Below are positions 52,438 through 64,000 of a stretch of 64,000 nucleotides of DNA, in pieces. Source of the DNA: Mytilus galloprovincialis (lineage: Eukaryota); assembly GCF_965363235.1 (NCBI RefSeq), contig NC_134842.1, positions 33,912,757 to 33,976,756 of the forward strand, in the 5' to 3' direction. Every line of letters starts with the position of its first letter. Position 1 is the stretch's first letter. The position numbers and the translations under genes were made by a program. Under the pieces are notes generated by a model. The model was not told the origin of the DNA. It was given only the letters and a program-made list of their open reading frames with translations, and did no database searches.

Positions 52438-53756
52438 CTGTAAAGAAAAAAATGAATTAGCATGTATTGTAAAGGTTCGACAGAATACCGAATACCAAAA
52501 ACGCTAACCGGTTAACCGGTCTTTTTTTCAATTTTGATAGATTTGATATAAATTTGTATTGAAATGAACAAATAGTTATGGTTTTTTTTTTAAATGTCGT
52601 CGTGGTAATTAATTTGACAGATAAATTGTCCAGTATATTGATTGCTATTGTTAATCCTAAAAACATAAAATTAATTAGAGCAAGGGGCAGGATCTTAAAG
52701 AAACATAATTAGTATATATGTTTTTTTAACAGTAATTTTAAATCAGTAATGCAATTAAATTTTACTAATTACTTCATTATTTTGTTTTTTATCTAAAATT
52801 GTGTAAACCTACATCTAAATGTGCAACCTCCGTAGTGCAAGGCTTAGTATTACTTTAAACGAAATGCTAACTCAAAAATTGTGATTTGCAAACCAGTGTG
52901 AATGTACCCAATGTATACGTGATAGTACGAGTTGCATGCTAAAATAAACAAGCAAACAAAGTAAAGAAACATGTCGTACGGTGACCTATAGTTGTTCATT
53001 TCTGTGTCATTTTGGTCTCTTGTGAAGAATTGTCTCATTGGCAATCATACCATATCTTCCTTTTAATAATAAATCATTTCAAATTGAAACACTCAACATT
53101 ATTTTCGGAGACAACAAGAGAAAGGGAAAGAATAATCGGTTTCAGACAAATTCAGTTCAACGAGCTCAAGAAGATTTTTTTTTCATTTTTCAATCTGAAG
53201 TTGGTACAAACGCTATAGATACGGTGTATTCGATTATTAAAAGTCAAACTTCCCCAGGAATCCTCACAGACAAGCCTTATAATGCCAAAGGACAATCTTC
53301 AATTTCATAAGCGTAAATTCATTACTTGGATGAAATGTTGTCAAATTGACACTCATACCACATTATCTATGTGTAGGTACTATTGATAAAGCTTTCAAAC
53401 ACCAACTTAAACTACCGGTTAACCGGTTGATCAGTCGAACGATTATCCGAGTAACCGGTTAGGAAAAAGTGTACAATTTGACAACACTAATTTATTTACA
53501 TGTCTGTATAAATAAAATACAACGTAGATTTTATTTAATTTTACGTAAAGAAATAAAATGCCGCTGTTTCCGTTTTCTTGATGTTCAGCAAATTTCGGGT
53601 TAACAGATATATGATGTTTTCCAACATTTCTTTGTATTAAATGGTATTTAGACGAAAAGTCTGTGTTGCACACAATACACATGTACTACGATCAAACCGC
53701 CATCATTGACACGACGAAAGTGTTTAGTATATACTAGATTAATTTATAATATGTAG

Positions 53757-54757
53757 CACTGAACATTTTACGTTCCGTTCAATGTTGTTCATACGTTGTT
53801 ATAATTTTGACAATCAAAGGGAGGTTATATGTGAATTTGTGTTTGAAATGAAATTAATGTCCTGTACACATTAAAATGGAGTCAATAAATTAAAAATGGG
53901 GAAACACTAGATAGTGGATTGTTAACTTCCGGTCATTTTGAGGCAAGCCCTGAACGATCTTTCATACTAACGTTACAAAAGCGTACATTTTCAAGGTTCA
54001 AAACTCTGAAATACAGTGGAGATAACTTCTAACCTCTCATTAGAACTGTCAAAATAATTTGTCATAGAACTGTTTTAGATAAACTGTCATAGAACAGTTC
54101 TAACTACAAACGTAGAACAGTGCTACCCTAGAACTGTTCTAAGTATAACTGTCAGAATCAGTTCTAGCTATAGAACTGACCAAATCAGTTCTAGGTAGAA
54201 CTTTCAGGATCAGTTCTATGGTAGAACTGTCCAAATCAGTTGTAACCATAGAACTGCCAACAGAACTGACAAGACAGTTCTAACCGTGGAATTGTCAGGA
54301 TGGTTGAACAGTTCTAAATGACGTCACTGCAGTTAGAGAAATGTAAAAAGAGTGCTGTGATGATTTTTTTTTTAATATATATTATATTCTTTTGACTTGT
54401 TTATATTTAAGACAAAGAGTTCTAAAAACTGTTCTATGGAGAGAAATGAATAAATCAATTAGTCAGTCCTAATAGAACTGACCAAATCAGTTCTAATCGT
54501 AGAACTGTCTAATACTGTTCTAGGGTAGAACTGTCAAGATCAGTTATAGGTAAGAACTGTCTAAAAGGTGTCAGGATGACAGTCCTACATACTTTTCTAG
54601 AACAGTTCTCCTGACATATTGTGACATATTTGATGAGAGGTAAGAAGTTATCTCCACTGTAGCACTGAAAATTCTACATTCCGTTCTACTCCTTTCAGTG
54701 TTGCTTAAACGTTGTAATAATTTTGACAATTAAACGGAGCTTAAGTTTACTTACTTG
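53757..54757. mobile_element. Foldback-type element: ~80-bp direct flanks, ~30-bp inverted repeats (cagtggagataacttctaacctctcatta / taatgagaggtaagaagttatctccactg), internal arrays of palindromic ~22-bp units (CAGTTCTA…TAGAACTG)
   Basis: Direct reading of 54017-54046 vs 54633-54665 and arrays 54040-54320 and 54410-54610; lies in the gene 3 intron. Confidence 0.6.
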
Positions 54758-54799
54758 GAAAACAATTGTCAGCTGTAACATTTACAACATCTTCTATTG
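54755..54799 (-). CDS. Gene 3 candidate 45-nt micro-exon (AIEDVVNVTADNCFP), phase 1/1; may be skipped
   Basis: Minus acceptor ttccctttCAG; donor CCAA|GTAAGT; phase-compatible, but direct VWA-to-last-exon splicing is equally in frame; lies at the edge of a foldback repeat. Confidence 0.3.
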
Positions 54800-55394
54800 C
54801 TGAAAGGGAAACACTTTAGGTCAGTAATTGGACTCAAGACAAATATAACAATTTAAATCATACATGTATGCAATTCAGTCTTTGTTTTCAATCTAACTTA
54901 TAGGACAGGATGAGAGTACTTGTTCTATGTAAAGAACAATAACTCTTGATATCAAACAACTGTTGAATTTTTTTTTTTTACTTTGATCAAAACGACTGAT
55001 GCCATATGTGAGGCACGATATGTATATCCTAGCGGAGATCACCCTCGGTTTTTTGTTGGAGTTCATCTTGCTTAGTCTTTAGTTTTTTTTATATAGCGTC
55101 TTGTAAACTATTGATTTAACACACTTTTTTTCTGTTTATTCTGAATTTGTTGTTTGAATCAAATATTAATTATACAATTTAACAAAAAACTGTTTGGATA
55201 AAGGGGAAAACAAAAAACACAAAATGTATAATTCAGATTGAATTTCCGTTGATGAACGAAAAAATATTAAGATATATAGTTTATAACAGTACAGATTCAT
55301 AGCAACAAAAAAAGGGATTTTTACCAGATGTTTGATTTGTGTAATTTTTCATATGTGTATAATCAATTTGAAATACATGCAAAAAGAAACGAAC

Positions 55395-55991
55395 CTGTGC
55401 ATATACTGCTCCCGATATAAGGTAGAAGACCTCTTAGACCTTCCGAGTAACTTTCCATTGAGAAAACATTACATTTATGAGAGGCTATCTCTGGAAACCA
55501 TTCACCATTCGGCATTCGTCCAACTGAATACATGTCGATTCCAGCTTCCTTAAACTGTTTTGTAGCTGCAATGATATCGGGAATCATATCTGCCTGAACT
55601 GAGCCATAGGTGAACATTACTCCAATTTGTTTGGTGTCGGGTCTAGGTAATACCAGAGGATAACCGGATGGATTTCTGAACATTTGTCGCATTAAGTAAA
55701 GTGCCGCTTTGACATCTGCTGCTCCTTTTAGTTTTCCATTGTATAATTCTCTTTGCGCAAGAAGGCTTATTCTGGTATTGGTTTGTGTTTGATCCTTCAT
55801 TGGTTGCGGCCAACTGATTGCCACAGCTTCTCTTCCGTATAATATCAGACCAATATTTACATTATCTCTGTCGATTTGAAAATAATCTGTAAGCATGGTT
55901 AAAAATCGTTCAAACGGAAAGAATTCTTCCCCCGGAATGTCTGCGTTCCCAGGAATAGCAAATATTATATCTGCCTTCCCTCCACAATCGG
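55395..55991 (-). CDS. Gene 3 exon: VWA domain, MIDAS degenerate (ADCGGKADIIFAIPGNADIP…IGLILYGREAVAIS…LVLPRPDTKQIGVMFTYGSVQADMIPDIIAATKQFKEAGIDMYSVGRMPNGE…ICT)
   Basis: Minus acceptor ctatttttAG (plus 55992-55993); donor CAG|GTTCGT (plus 55393-55394); contains ORF 55363-55896; phase 1 in matches exon 1. Confidence 0.7.
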
Positions 55992-57334
55992 CTAAAAATA
56001 GAAATATCAGTATAGATGTTAATTACGACAGTTAAACAGACATCTAGAGAGGATACTTTAACCTTCGATACTGACATGATTCCTAACAATCCTATCTTAC
56101 ATTTTCTTTTTTAATAAATTTTGAAACGATTGAGAAACGTCGGCTTGTATAATCTTTTAATGTCCCTTTTGGTTACAAACAGCTCATCGCATACATCCTT
56201 GATTTACTGAGAAACTTTGACTAAATTTCCCTTTAATGAATTTGCATATTCTTTTATTGTATTTTTCTGTTCTTTAAAACGACGAATTTTGACAACATGA
56301 AATTTTAAACTCATTGATGCTTTATCACCCAAAATAGTGACGACGGGTGTGCTCTAAACATGTCGTAATGTCAATCCCGTCCTCTTTTCCTTGAATCATG
56401 TGACCAGCTGAATAAGACTTATAACCGAGTTTGTACTTGCTTTAGCAACACGATGGGTTCAACATGTGGAGCAGGATCTGCTTACCCATCCGGAGCACTA
56501 GAGATCATCCCGGTTTTTAGTTGGATCCGTGTGACTCAGCATTTGGTTTTCTCTGTTTTGTTTTGTAGATTTTCTTTTTGATTTTTTTTTTTTTTTTTTT
56601 TTGTCGTTTTTTCTTGCCATGTACGTCATTGTTATAGTTCATTTTCGACTTATGAGTTTAAATATCCCTTTGGTATTTTCCTGCAGTCTTTAACAATTCC
56701 AATATCCAATATTGAATATACTATAGAGCATTGTACTATACAGTTACAAAATGAATTGGCGTAGGACAGGGTTATCTAATTATACATCTTCTATTTACTC
56801 TGTTAAATGACATCATCGTGTTGTTGCGTTTTTGTCTCAATGGAAAACTTTTTCTTTGTGATATCATGTTCTTGATTGACTTATGATTATGCCGACCAGT
56901 TGTTTATATCTATTATTTATAATTAAAATTGCCTTCAAAACTGTCGTCAAATATCCATGCATTTATCTAGTTTATTTTGCACATGAGCCATCATGTATAG
57001 GGCGGCGTTTAAAGTCAAAGTTTTCGTATATGAATATTATATACCAACTATTTATGACATTGTACTAAGAGATTACACAAATGCTTCTTATTTAATATGT
57101 TTTTCAAACTTTTCAGTAAATTTGATTTTTCACTGAATGTAAAAAAAATAATTAATAAAACATTCAAAGAGGAGAATAATTTGACTCTCGGCAAAATAGA
57201 ACGTTCTACCGGTTTGTAAGTGGATTTTCTAATACGTTTGTCCAAACCACTATATTGATTTTTTTCAATTAATTATGTTTGGTTGTTATGTAAGCAATAA
57301 TTACGTTTAAAGATAGCCAATAAAAAGAACTTAC

Positions 57335-57392
57335 CTTGTGCTTTGTTGAATATAACCACAGAAGAGACAATGTATAAGAAAGTAAACAACAT
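57335..57392 (-). CDS. Gene 3 exon 1: start codon and signal peptide (MLFTFLYIVSSVVIFNKAQ|A)
   Basis: True ATG (plus 57390-57392 complement) followed by a hydrophobic stretch; donor CAAG|GTAAGT (plus 57333-57334); joins VWA exon in phase to give …NKAQADCGGK. Confidence 0.55.
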
Positions 57393-57437
57393 CTTGGCTC
57401 TGCAAACAAAACAAGTTTTTTGGTTATAAACAAATTA

Positions 57438-57445
57438 TTTATAAA
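57438..57445 (-). promoter_or_regulatory. TATA box (TATAAATA on minus) ~46 nt upstream of gene 3 ATG
   Basis: Minus-strand sequence cctttataaataatttg…gtttgcagagccaagATG. Confidence 0.35.
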
Positions 57446-60279
57446 GGTTATCTAAGGTGGTCAGAGTGATTCGATTTGACAAAATATATGAGTGTCTGGA
57501 TGGGATTTTCAGAAAAGTAAATAATGACTAAATGAGCAAGAAATAAATAATGAAGAATTAAAACGTAATGAATTGATAAAATAAGTAAAAACAAATATGA
57601 CAATAAAGAATAATGGGGTGTTCAAATGTCGATTAATAAGGAAAATCCACCAACAAATTAAAGAACATAATATACCAATGACTTGAGAAATTAAAGAATA
57701 CAGAAAGGAAAGAACCCCCATTCGGACCCTCATATATGGCAATAAAACAATTAATTTGCAACACGTTTTTTTTTTTTATTTGTGTATTGTCTGACAATAA
57801 AATGTAGATTTGTGACATTATGTTACGTTAAAAGCATTTTTATGGTTTTGATCTCGTCTTGTTACATTTGTTGACTCATAATTTTGACCATGCCGTAGAT
57901 CAGAAACATTCTCAATTTTAAAAGTCGCATGTTCTCTGGGACACGTATTTGTACCAAAAATTTCGGTTTTGATGATTTAATTTAAACAAAATTATAAACA
58001 TTATGCCGACTTTCAGAGAAGAATTAAATGGTTTAAAATTACACTTATTCTTTCAAGAATTACACCTAATACACTATGAAATAGTGTCAATTTAATCGAA
58101 TTTTATTCGAATTAATTCAAAGTTTCAATGCAAAAAGAAGTACATGCAAGTGGGTTTTTTTTTTAGAAAAAAAGCTGTAAAATGTAAAAAATACAAGTCT
58201 TCATTTCACTTACCTTTCGAAGAATAATAGGTTTTTAATATTATTATAATCATCAATTTTCCTTTTAACAAAAACTCAAAAGGTTAACATTTCCAAGTAA
58301 GAATTGTGGCGTTTTCTTTTTGGAAAGTAAGAAAACTGGCACAATGAAATATAATGTCTCGTTCAGTTAACCGTAAAAAATGGTCAGATCGTGTTGCCTT
58401 CATATGTTAATTTAACACAATAAATACCTCATTGATATATCATAATGATTATTTTGTCACTAATTTATATATATTAACGATGACCAGGTCGAGAATTTAT
58501 GACTATTTCACGATCAAATTAATTTATTCATATGTTTTTAGTATAACCTGTCTGCAAAAGCGAAATATATATATTAATATATTAAATGCATTTTTCCAAA
58601 AAGATATAGTCTTGCATTTTTGTTTCACGAAAGTGAATACAGAGAAATAGAGTTCGAAAGGATACTTTGAAGCTTGTTTTAGGTATATACATGACTTAAT
58701 CATATTACAAAGTGTGAGTAAAAGGTCTAGACATAAAAAAGACACATCAAACACCTACATAAAAAATGGAAAGACCTAGTCTTGACTGAAATATTTCACA
58801 TTCTAGGAAATGACTGGTTATCTGTGACATTAAGCATCAAACTTAATTGACTAGACAGTAATTACATTTCCTGTTTTTATATCTATTCATTCTGGTATAT
58901 TTACGGGCACTGAATCATATGAATATAACCTATTGACGAATGAATATCAGTTAAAAGACATGTTCCCACTAGTTTTTTGTTTTTGTTTTTATCATCTCAC
59001 TAGTGATAAGCCCCCGCACAATAATCATCTCAGCTTAACATAAATGTCAACGAAATTAAAACAAAAAACAGGTAGACTTTTGAATAAAACAATTGTTGTT
59101 TATGAAGGCCCCCTTTTTGTTTAGGTGGTGGGGATACGGGAGGGTACTATTTCGACGGATAAGTAAGTCTACATTGGTAGACAATAGTCGTATTATAGTC
59201 GGGTATGAAAAGCAACTACATGTACATGGCAAAATTTGATTTAAAACAATTCAAAGGAAGACTGAGATAAACAATGATATGATCTATAGCAAAACAATGA
59301 ACGAAAAACATGCATTACAGACAGCAACCATGCAACAACAAAAACTGAATCACCTGATCCTCACCCAAGTTATATTAAGTTCAAATTACAGCCAATTAAT
59401 TCATGTATGATCATGACACTGTTCTCCCAGACTAAAATATGATTAAATACACGTCTTTTTTTTTATCCAAAGAGTGTATAAACAGAAGTTTAGATATAAA
59501 ATAGTTTGATTACTATTGAACCACAATCGGGCTTAGGAGCATTAACCGTGAGCTGAAGGAGATAAAATCCAAATATCTCGATTGCTCTTTGTTCGTTGTC
59601 CCATACATGCACACATACAGACGGCTGTTTATAGTATTACTGGAGACATTGGCATCGTGAACAATGACCAACTTAAAAAGTTGTAAGGCAAAAGCCCGAA
59701 ATAAGGCATTACCCGGCTTATCAACTAGAAGTAGGATACACAGGCACTTGTTTCTGTCAATGTGGGGTTTACTATCCATACCAGTACAAAAAAAAAAACA
59801 CACGGTAGCTAACGGAAATTTTCAATGTGTTCGCTTCAACCAATATTTTCTTAATTTCCCTTGATTTTTTCACAAATAAAAGTACACCAGTCTGTCGGTA
59901 ATTGATTTATCTTTACAATGAAACAACTTTCACGTACCTTGAGAATACCCCTCAAACAGAATAACACACTTCAGATGAGAATTATTGACCTTTTTCCAGA
60001 CCATTGAATTTGTAAGGACTTAATTTCCGGTAAACTTAGGAAGTTAATATAACTGTGCAATCCCATTGGTTTAATTCATCTGGTTACCTGTTTATTTATA
60101 CTAGTTACCAGTAACCAGAAAAATGTGACCAATGGGATTATGTGTCTATTTCAATTGATTCAATTAGTTAATGTGGAAGATTTTAACTTAATAAGTCATT
60201 TAAAACGCCCCGATTCAAGCTTAAATATGAAAAATCTATCAAATATGCCAAAAATCGTCACTTTTCAGATGGTTTTTGT

Positions 60280-60405
60280 CAAAAATGAAAGTGGCCGCAT
60301 CCGCGTTCATCCTCAACCTTTATATATATTATGTAATATCATCAAATACAACTTATATTTCAATATTATGAATGAACACGAATGCGGCCACTTTCATTTC
60401 AGACG
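60280..60405. repeat. GC-rich 28-bp inverted repeat (aaatgaaagtggccgcatccgcgttcat / atgaacgaatgcggccactttcatt) separated by ~65 bp of AT-rich spacer
   Basis: Direct reading; potential hairpin. Confidence 0.55.
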
Positions 60406-61059
60406 GAAACCGTCTAAAATTTAACTAAAATGCTACAATTGTGAAGAGTAAGTAGCATGACTTAATGATGCTAGTACCCGATATATGTGCATTGTGTTGT
60501 CAAAAACAGCCCATATTTATGTAGCAGAAGCATTCTACTTTGCAATAAATATCTAAACGATTACATTTTCACAATTTTCTAAAACTGCTATATTTTAAGG
60601 CCAAAAAGGGGTCTTACTGAACCTACTCCTTTATAATATATGGATTTTGGTGTTTAAAAAAAAGCAGTGATACACACCACCATATAATTGTTATTCAATG
60701 ACCATACAGTTCATATTATTTACAAAATACAAACATAGTTTATCATTCGTTTGAGCAGGTGAGTGTATTATGGCATCGGCAATTGCAATTTTTGACTTTC
60801 ACATTTATCTCTTCTTCAACACTTTGCAACGGCTAATTACTTTGAGTTCAATTGCTTTAATAAGTTGTCCAAGCTATATAACCTGGTTATTATTATTTAC
60901 ACTATTTAAGTCATTTCCTCAGTTGATGTAAAAAAAAAATACAAGAGTGCACACGCTGAAATGTTTTGCCTTCTTTACTAATCATTGATATTATGTTGAT
61001 AGTCCTAAATATAAAGCTTTATTATAACTGTCACATAAACTTAACCAAGCAAACTTAAC

Positions 61060-62140
61060 ATTGACTAATGAACCATGAAAATGAGGTCAAGGTCAGATGA
61101 ACCATATCAGACATTCATGTACAGCTAACAATTCTTCCATAAAACAAATATAGTTGACCTATTGCATATAGTTTAAGAAAAATAGACCAAATACACTAAA
61201 ACTTAGCACTGAGTAATGAACAGTGAAAATGAGGTCAAGGTCAAATAAAACCTTATTGTTTTGGACTAAACCCATCTGGTTTCAAGGAACGCTTTGGTTT
61301 AACTTCTATCCAAGTACTTTTAACGTCCAGCATGCGACTTCAATGATTTTACAGATGATTTAACAGATGTCCATGATGTTGTTATCAGATGAACCATATC
61401 AGGCAGGCATGTACAGCCAACAATTCTTCCATAAAACAAATATAGTTGACCTATTGTATATAGAAAAACAGACTAAAACACTAAACCTTAACACTGAGCA
61501 ATGAACCGTGAAAATGAGGTCAAGGTCAAATAAAACCTGTGCGACTGACAAATAGATCATAAAATATTTCCATACACCAAATATAGTTGACCTATTACAA
61601 TTAGTATAAGAAAAAAAATCAAAACTCAGACAACTGAACCATGAAAATGAGGTCAAGGTCAGCTGACACCTGCCAGCTAAACATGTACAATCAATCAATC
61701 ATTCCATACACCAAATATAGTAGATCTATTGCATACAGTACAATAAAAACAGATCAAAACAAAAAAACACTTAACTATAACCACTGAACCATGAAAATGA
61801 GGTCAAGGTCAGATGACACCTGCCAGTTGGACATATACAACTTACAGTCCTTCCATACACCGAATATACTAGACCTATTGCTTATAGTATCTGAGATATG
61901 GACTTGACCATCAAAACTTAACCTTGTTCACTGATCCATAAAATGAGGTCGAGGTCAAGTGAAAACTGTTTAACGGGCATGAGGACCTTGCAGGGTACAT
62001 ACATACCAAATATAGTTATCCTATTACTCATAATAAGAGAGAATCAAGTTAAAATTACAAAAAATCTTAACTTTTTTTCAAGTAGTCACTGAACCATGAA
62101 AATGAGGTCAAGGACTTTGGACATGTGACTGACGAAAACT
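61060..62140. repeat. Satellite-like array of ~145-bp units × ~7, each containing tgaaaatgaggtcaaggtca (AGGTCAAGGTCA direct repeat)
   Basis: Recurring blocks at ~61070, 61215, 61490, 61635, 61780, 61925, 62090. Confidence 0.65.
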
Positions 62141-62685
62141 TCGTAACATGAGGCATCCAAATACAAAGTATGAAGCATCCAGGTATTCCATCTTCTTAAA
62201 TATAAAGCTTTTTAGAAGTAAGCTAACGCCTCCGCCGCCGGATCACCATCCCTATGTCGAGCTTCCGGCAACAAAAGTTGCATGCAGGCTCGACAAAATC
62301 AAATACTGAACTCCGAGGAAAATTCAAAACGGAAAGACCCTAATCAAATGGCAAAATCAAATGATAAAACACATCAAACGAGCGATCAACAACTGTTATA
62401 TTCCTGACTTGGTACAGGCATTTTCAAATGTAGAAAATGGTGGATTGAACATATAGTTTTAAAGCGCTAAACCTCTCACTTGTACGACAGTCGCATCAAA
62501 TTCAATTTTATTTTATGTCACAAATAGGGGTACAACCACACGAATCCCATCCAAAACTAGGGCTGATTTCAGGAGATCCAGAAGGGTTAGCAGATTGTAC
62601 TCCTCATGTAGCACATGTCATATTGCTCGTGTTATTACAAAGCCGGTTAATAGTGTAAACATTTAATATAAAAAAACAAGATGTG

Positions 62686-63000
62686 GTATGATTGCCAATG
62701 AGACAACTATCCACAAAAGACCAAAATGACACGATAGGTCACCGTACGGCCTTCAACAATGAGCAAAGCCCATACCGCATAGTGAGCTATAAAAGGCCCC
62801 GATAAGACAATGTAAAACAATTCAAACGAGAAAACTAACGGCCTTATTAATGTAAAAAAATGAACGAAAAACAAATATGTAACATATAAACAAACGACAA
62901 CCACTGAATTACAGGCTCCTGACTTGGGACAGGCACATACATAAATAATGTGGCGGGGTTAAACATGTTAGCGGGATCCCAACCCTCCCCCTAACCTGGG
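62686..63000. mobile_element. SINE-like interspersed repeat family A, most complete copy (…ggtcaccgtacggccttcaacaatgagcaaagcccataccgcatagt…acaattcaaacgagaaaactaacggcc…)
   Basis: Further copies or fragments, in both orientations, at 10560-10640, 13110-13320, 13436-13625, 20918-21135, 41100-41225, 47570-47660, 51370-51425, 52975-53045. Confidence 0.65.
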
Positions 63001-63649
63001 ACAGTGGTATAACAGTACAACATAAGAACGAACTATAAAAATCAGTTGAAAAAGGCTTAACTCATCAGATGGACAAAAATATAAGTTGACGACATTGTTG
63101 ATCAGACGGAGAATTTTATCCAAAACGAGGCTGAACCTAGCAGGGAATTATAAACCGGAAAAAATCATGTGCACACCAAGGACAAGCAAATTGGGCTAAT
63201 AGTTAAATTGACTTATAGAGTATGACACAGACATTGAAACATTATTCATTCGAATTCTTGTTAGGAATCGTGCCGTTTGTGTGGACAATAGAAACAAGAC
63301 TAATATCTTACCAAGTAAACGAGACAGTAACTATCAGAACTTGTTGTTTGGAGTTGATGTCATTAAACATCATTACATGTTCCTCGGTTTGATCGTGTCG
63401 AGGCCAGTCCTCGAATTATCATTGGCAAAGTTGTTGAATCTGGAGATTTTGGGTACCAAATTGGAAAAAATTGTATGAATTTTAACAAGATACATTTAAA
63501 ATTGAGAATGGAAATGGGGAATGTGCCAAAGAAACAACAACCTGACCATAAAGCAGACAACAGCAGAAGGTCTCCAACAGGTCTTCAATGTCTATTTATG
63601 TCTTAAAGTTGAATTAAAGCTCTGAAAGGCACATGTTTATTCACAGCAA

Positions 63650-63905
63650 CGGTTTTTGAGCTTTCACTTAGGCCAAATAAAATAATATGTGTGTTTCCTG
63701 TTTCATCTTTGAAAAAAATAGGGTAGGTAGGTAGGGATTTTTTTTTATTTTACCATTTTTTTTACATTGAGTCTATGGGAGAGAAATCCTGACTTTAACA
63801 GTGCTTATTGAAAAATGACCAAAAAAACTTTAGGGTAGGCTATTTCTAAGCTTAAAATATAGGGTAGGTAGGGAAACAGGAAACACACATGCTTTTTTAT
63901 TTGGC
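63650..63905. mobile_element. Copy 2 of the second MITE-like element
   Basis: Shares >200 bp of near-identity with 9190-9425. Confidence 0.55.
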
Positions 63906-64000
63906 CTTATGCTACCTGAAGCTGTTAAACAGCCTTTAAAACAGATTGTACTGGTTTTCCTGCATGTCAATACATAGGTAGGTACAGCACTGCTACATGT

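Noticed and set aside
59513-60424. ORFs 59513-59803 (-) and 60125-60424 (+)
   Set aside because: No splice context or domain signal. The second spans the GC-rich palindrome, which creates the open frame.
1-64000. Interpretation as a prokaryotic accessory or defence locus
   Set aside because: Coding density is very low, there are no operon-like long ORFs, canonical eukaryotic splice signals are abundant, and repeats are SINE/MITE type. The ORF-track start codons include TTG and GTG, so the 'M' residues are misleading.

Overview
This window is eukaryotic nuclear DNA, not prokaryotic. It is AT-rich (roughly two-thirds A+T by eye), has no long ORFs, and holds short exons bounded by canonical splice signals (polypyrimidine-AG acceptors, GTAAGT-type donors). 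Interspersed SINE/MITE-like repeats and minisatellites are dense. Most ORFs in the supplied track are spurious: the track uses bacterial start codons (GTG/TTG are shown as M) and many ORFs run through repeats. The repeat families and the protein domains point to a bivalve mollusc, possibly a mytilid, but I cannot confirm that without a database search. Three genes encode secreted multidomain proteins built from von Willebrand factor A (VWA) domains, type-2 chitin-binding (peritrophin-A/ChtBD2) domains and Thr/Pro-rich linkers. That architecture matches the bivalve Pif/BMSP shell-matrix family; the family assignment is inference. Gene 1 (+ strand, 5' end outside the window, about 1-15871) has four or more VWA exons, Thr-rich linkers, two or three ChtBD2 exons and a C-terminal module. 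Gene 2 (- strand, about 32701 down to 17769, 5' end not resolved) is a paralog of the C-terminal half of gene 1 and converges on it tail-to-tail. Gene 3 (- strand, 57392 down to 52070) is a compact secreted protein with a signal peptide, one VWA domain and two ChtBD2 domains, with a TATA box and a polyA signal. Splice phases are mutually consistent across all three models; coordinates are good to a few nucleotides. Positions 33000-49000 and 57500-64000 show no convincing exons and are dominated by repeats. The repeats include two TTAA-flanked MITE copies, two foldback elements, a 36-bp satellite, a 145-bp satellite and unusual G18/T27 homopolymer tracts. I found no CRISPR array, rRNA gene or clean tRNA gene, and no prokaryote-type defence or mobile system. 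The most novel item is an unassigned cysteine-containing module of about 200 aa, spread over four exons, that is conserved at the C-termini of the two convergent genes.
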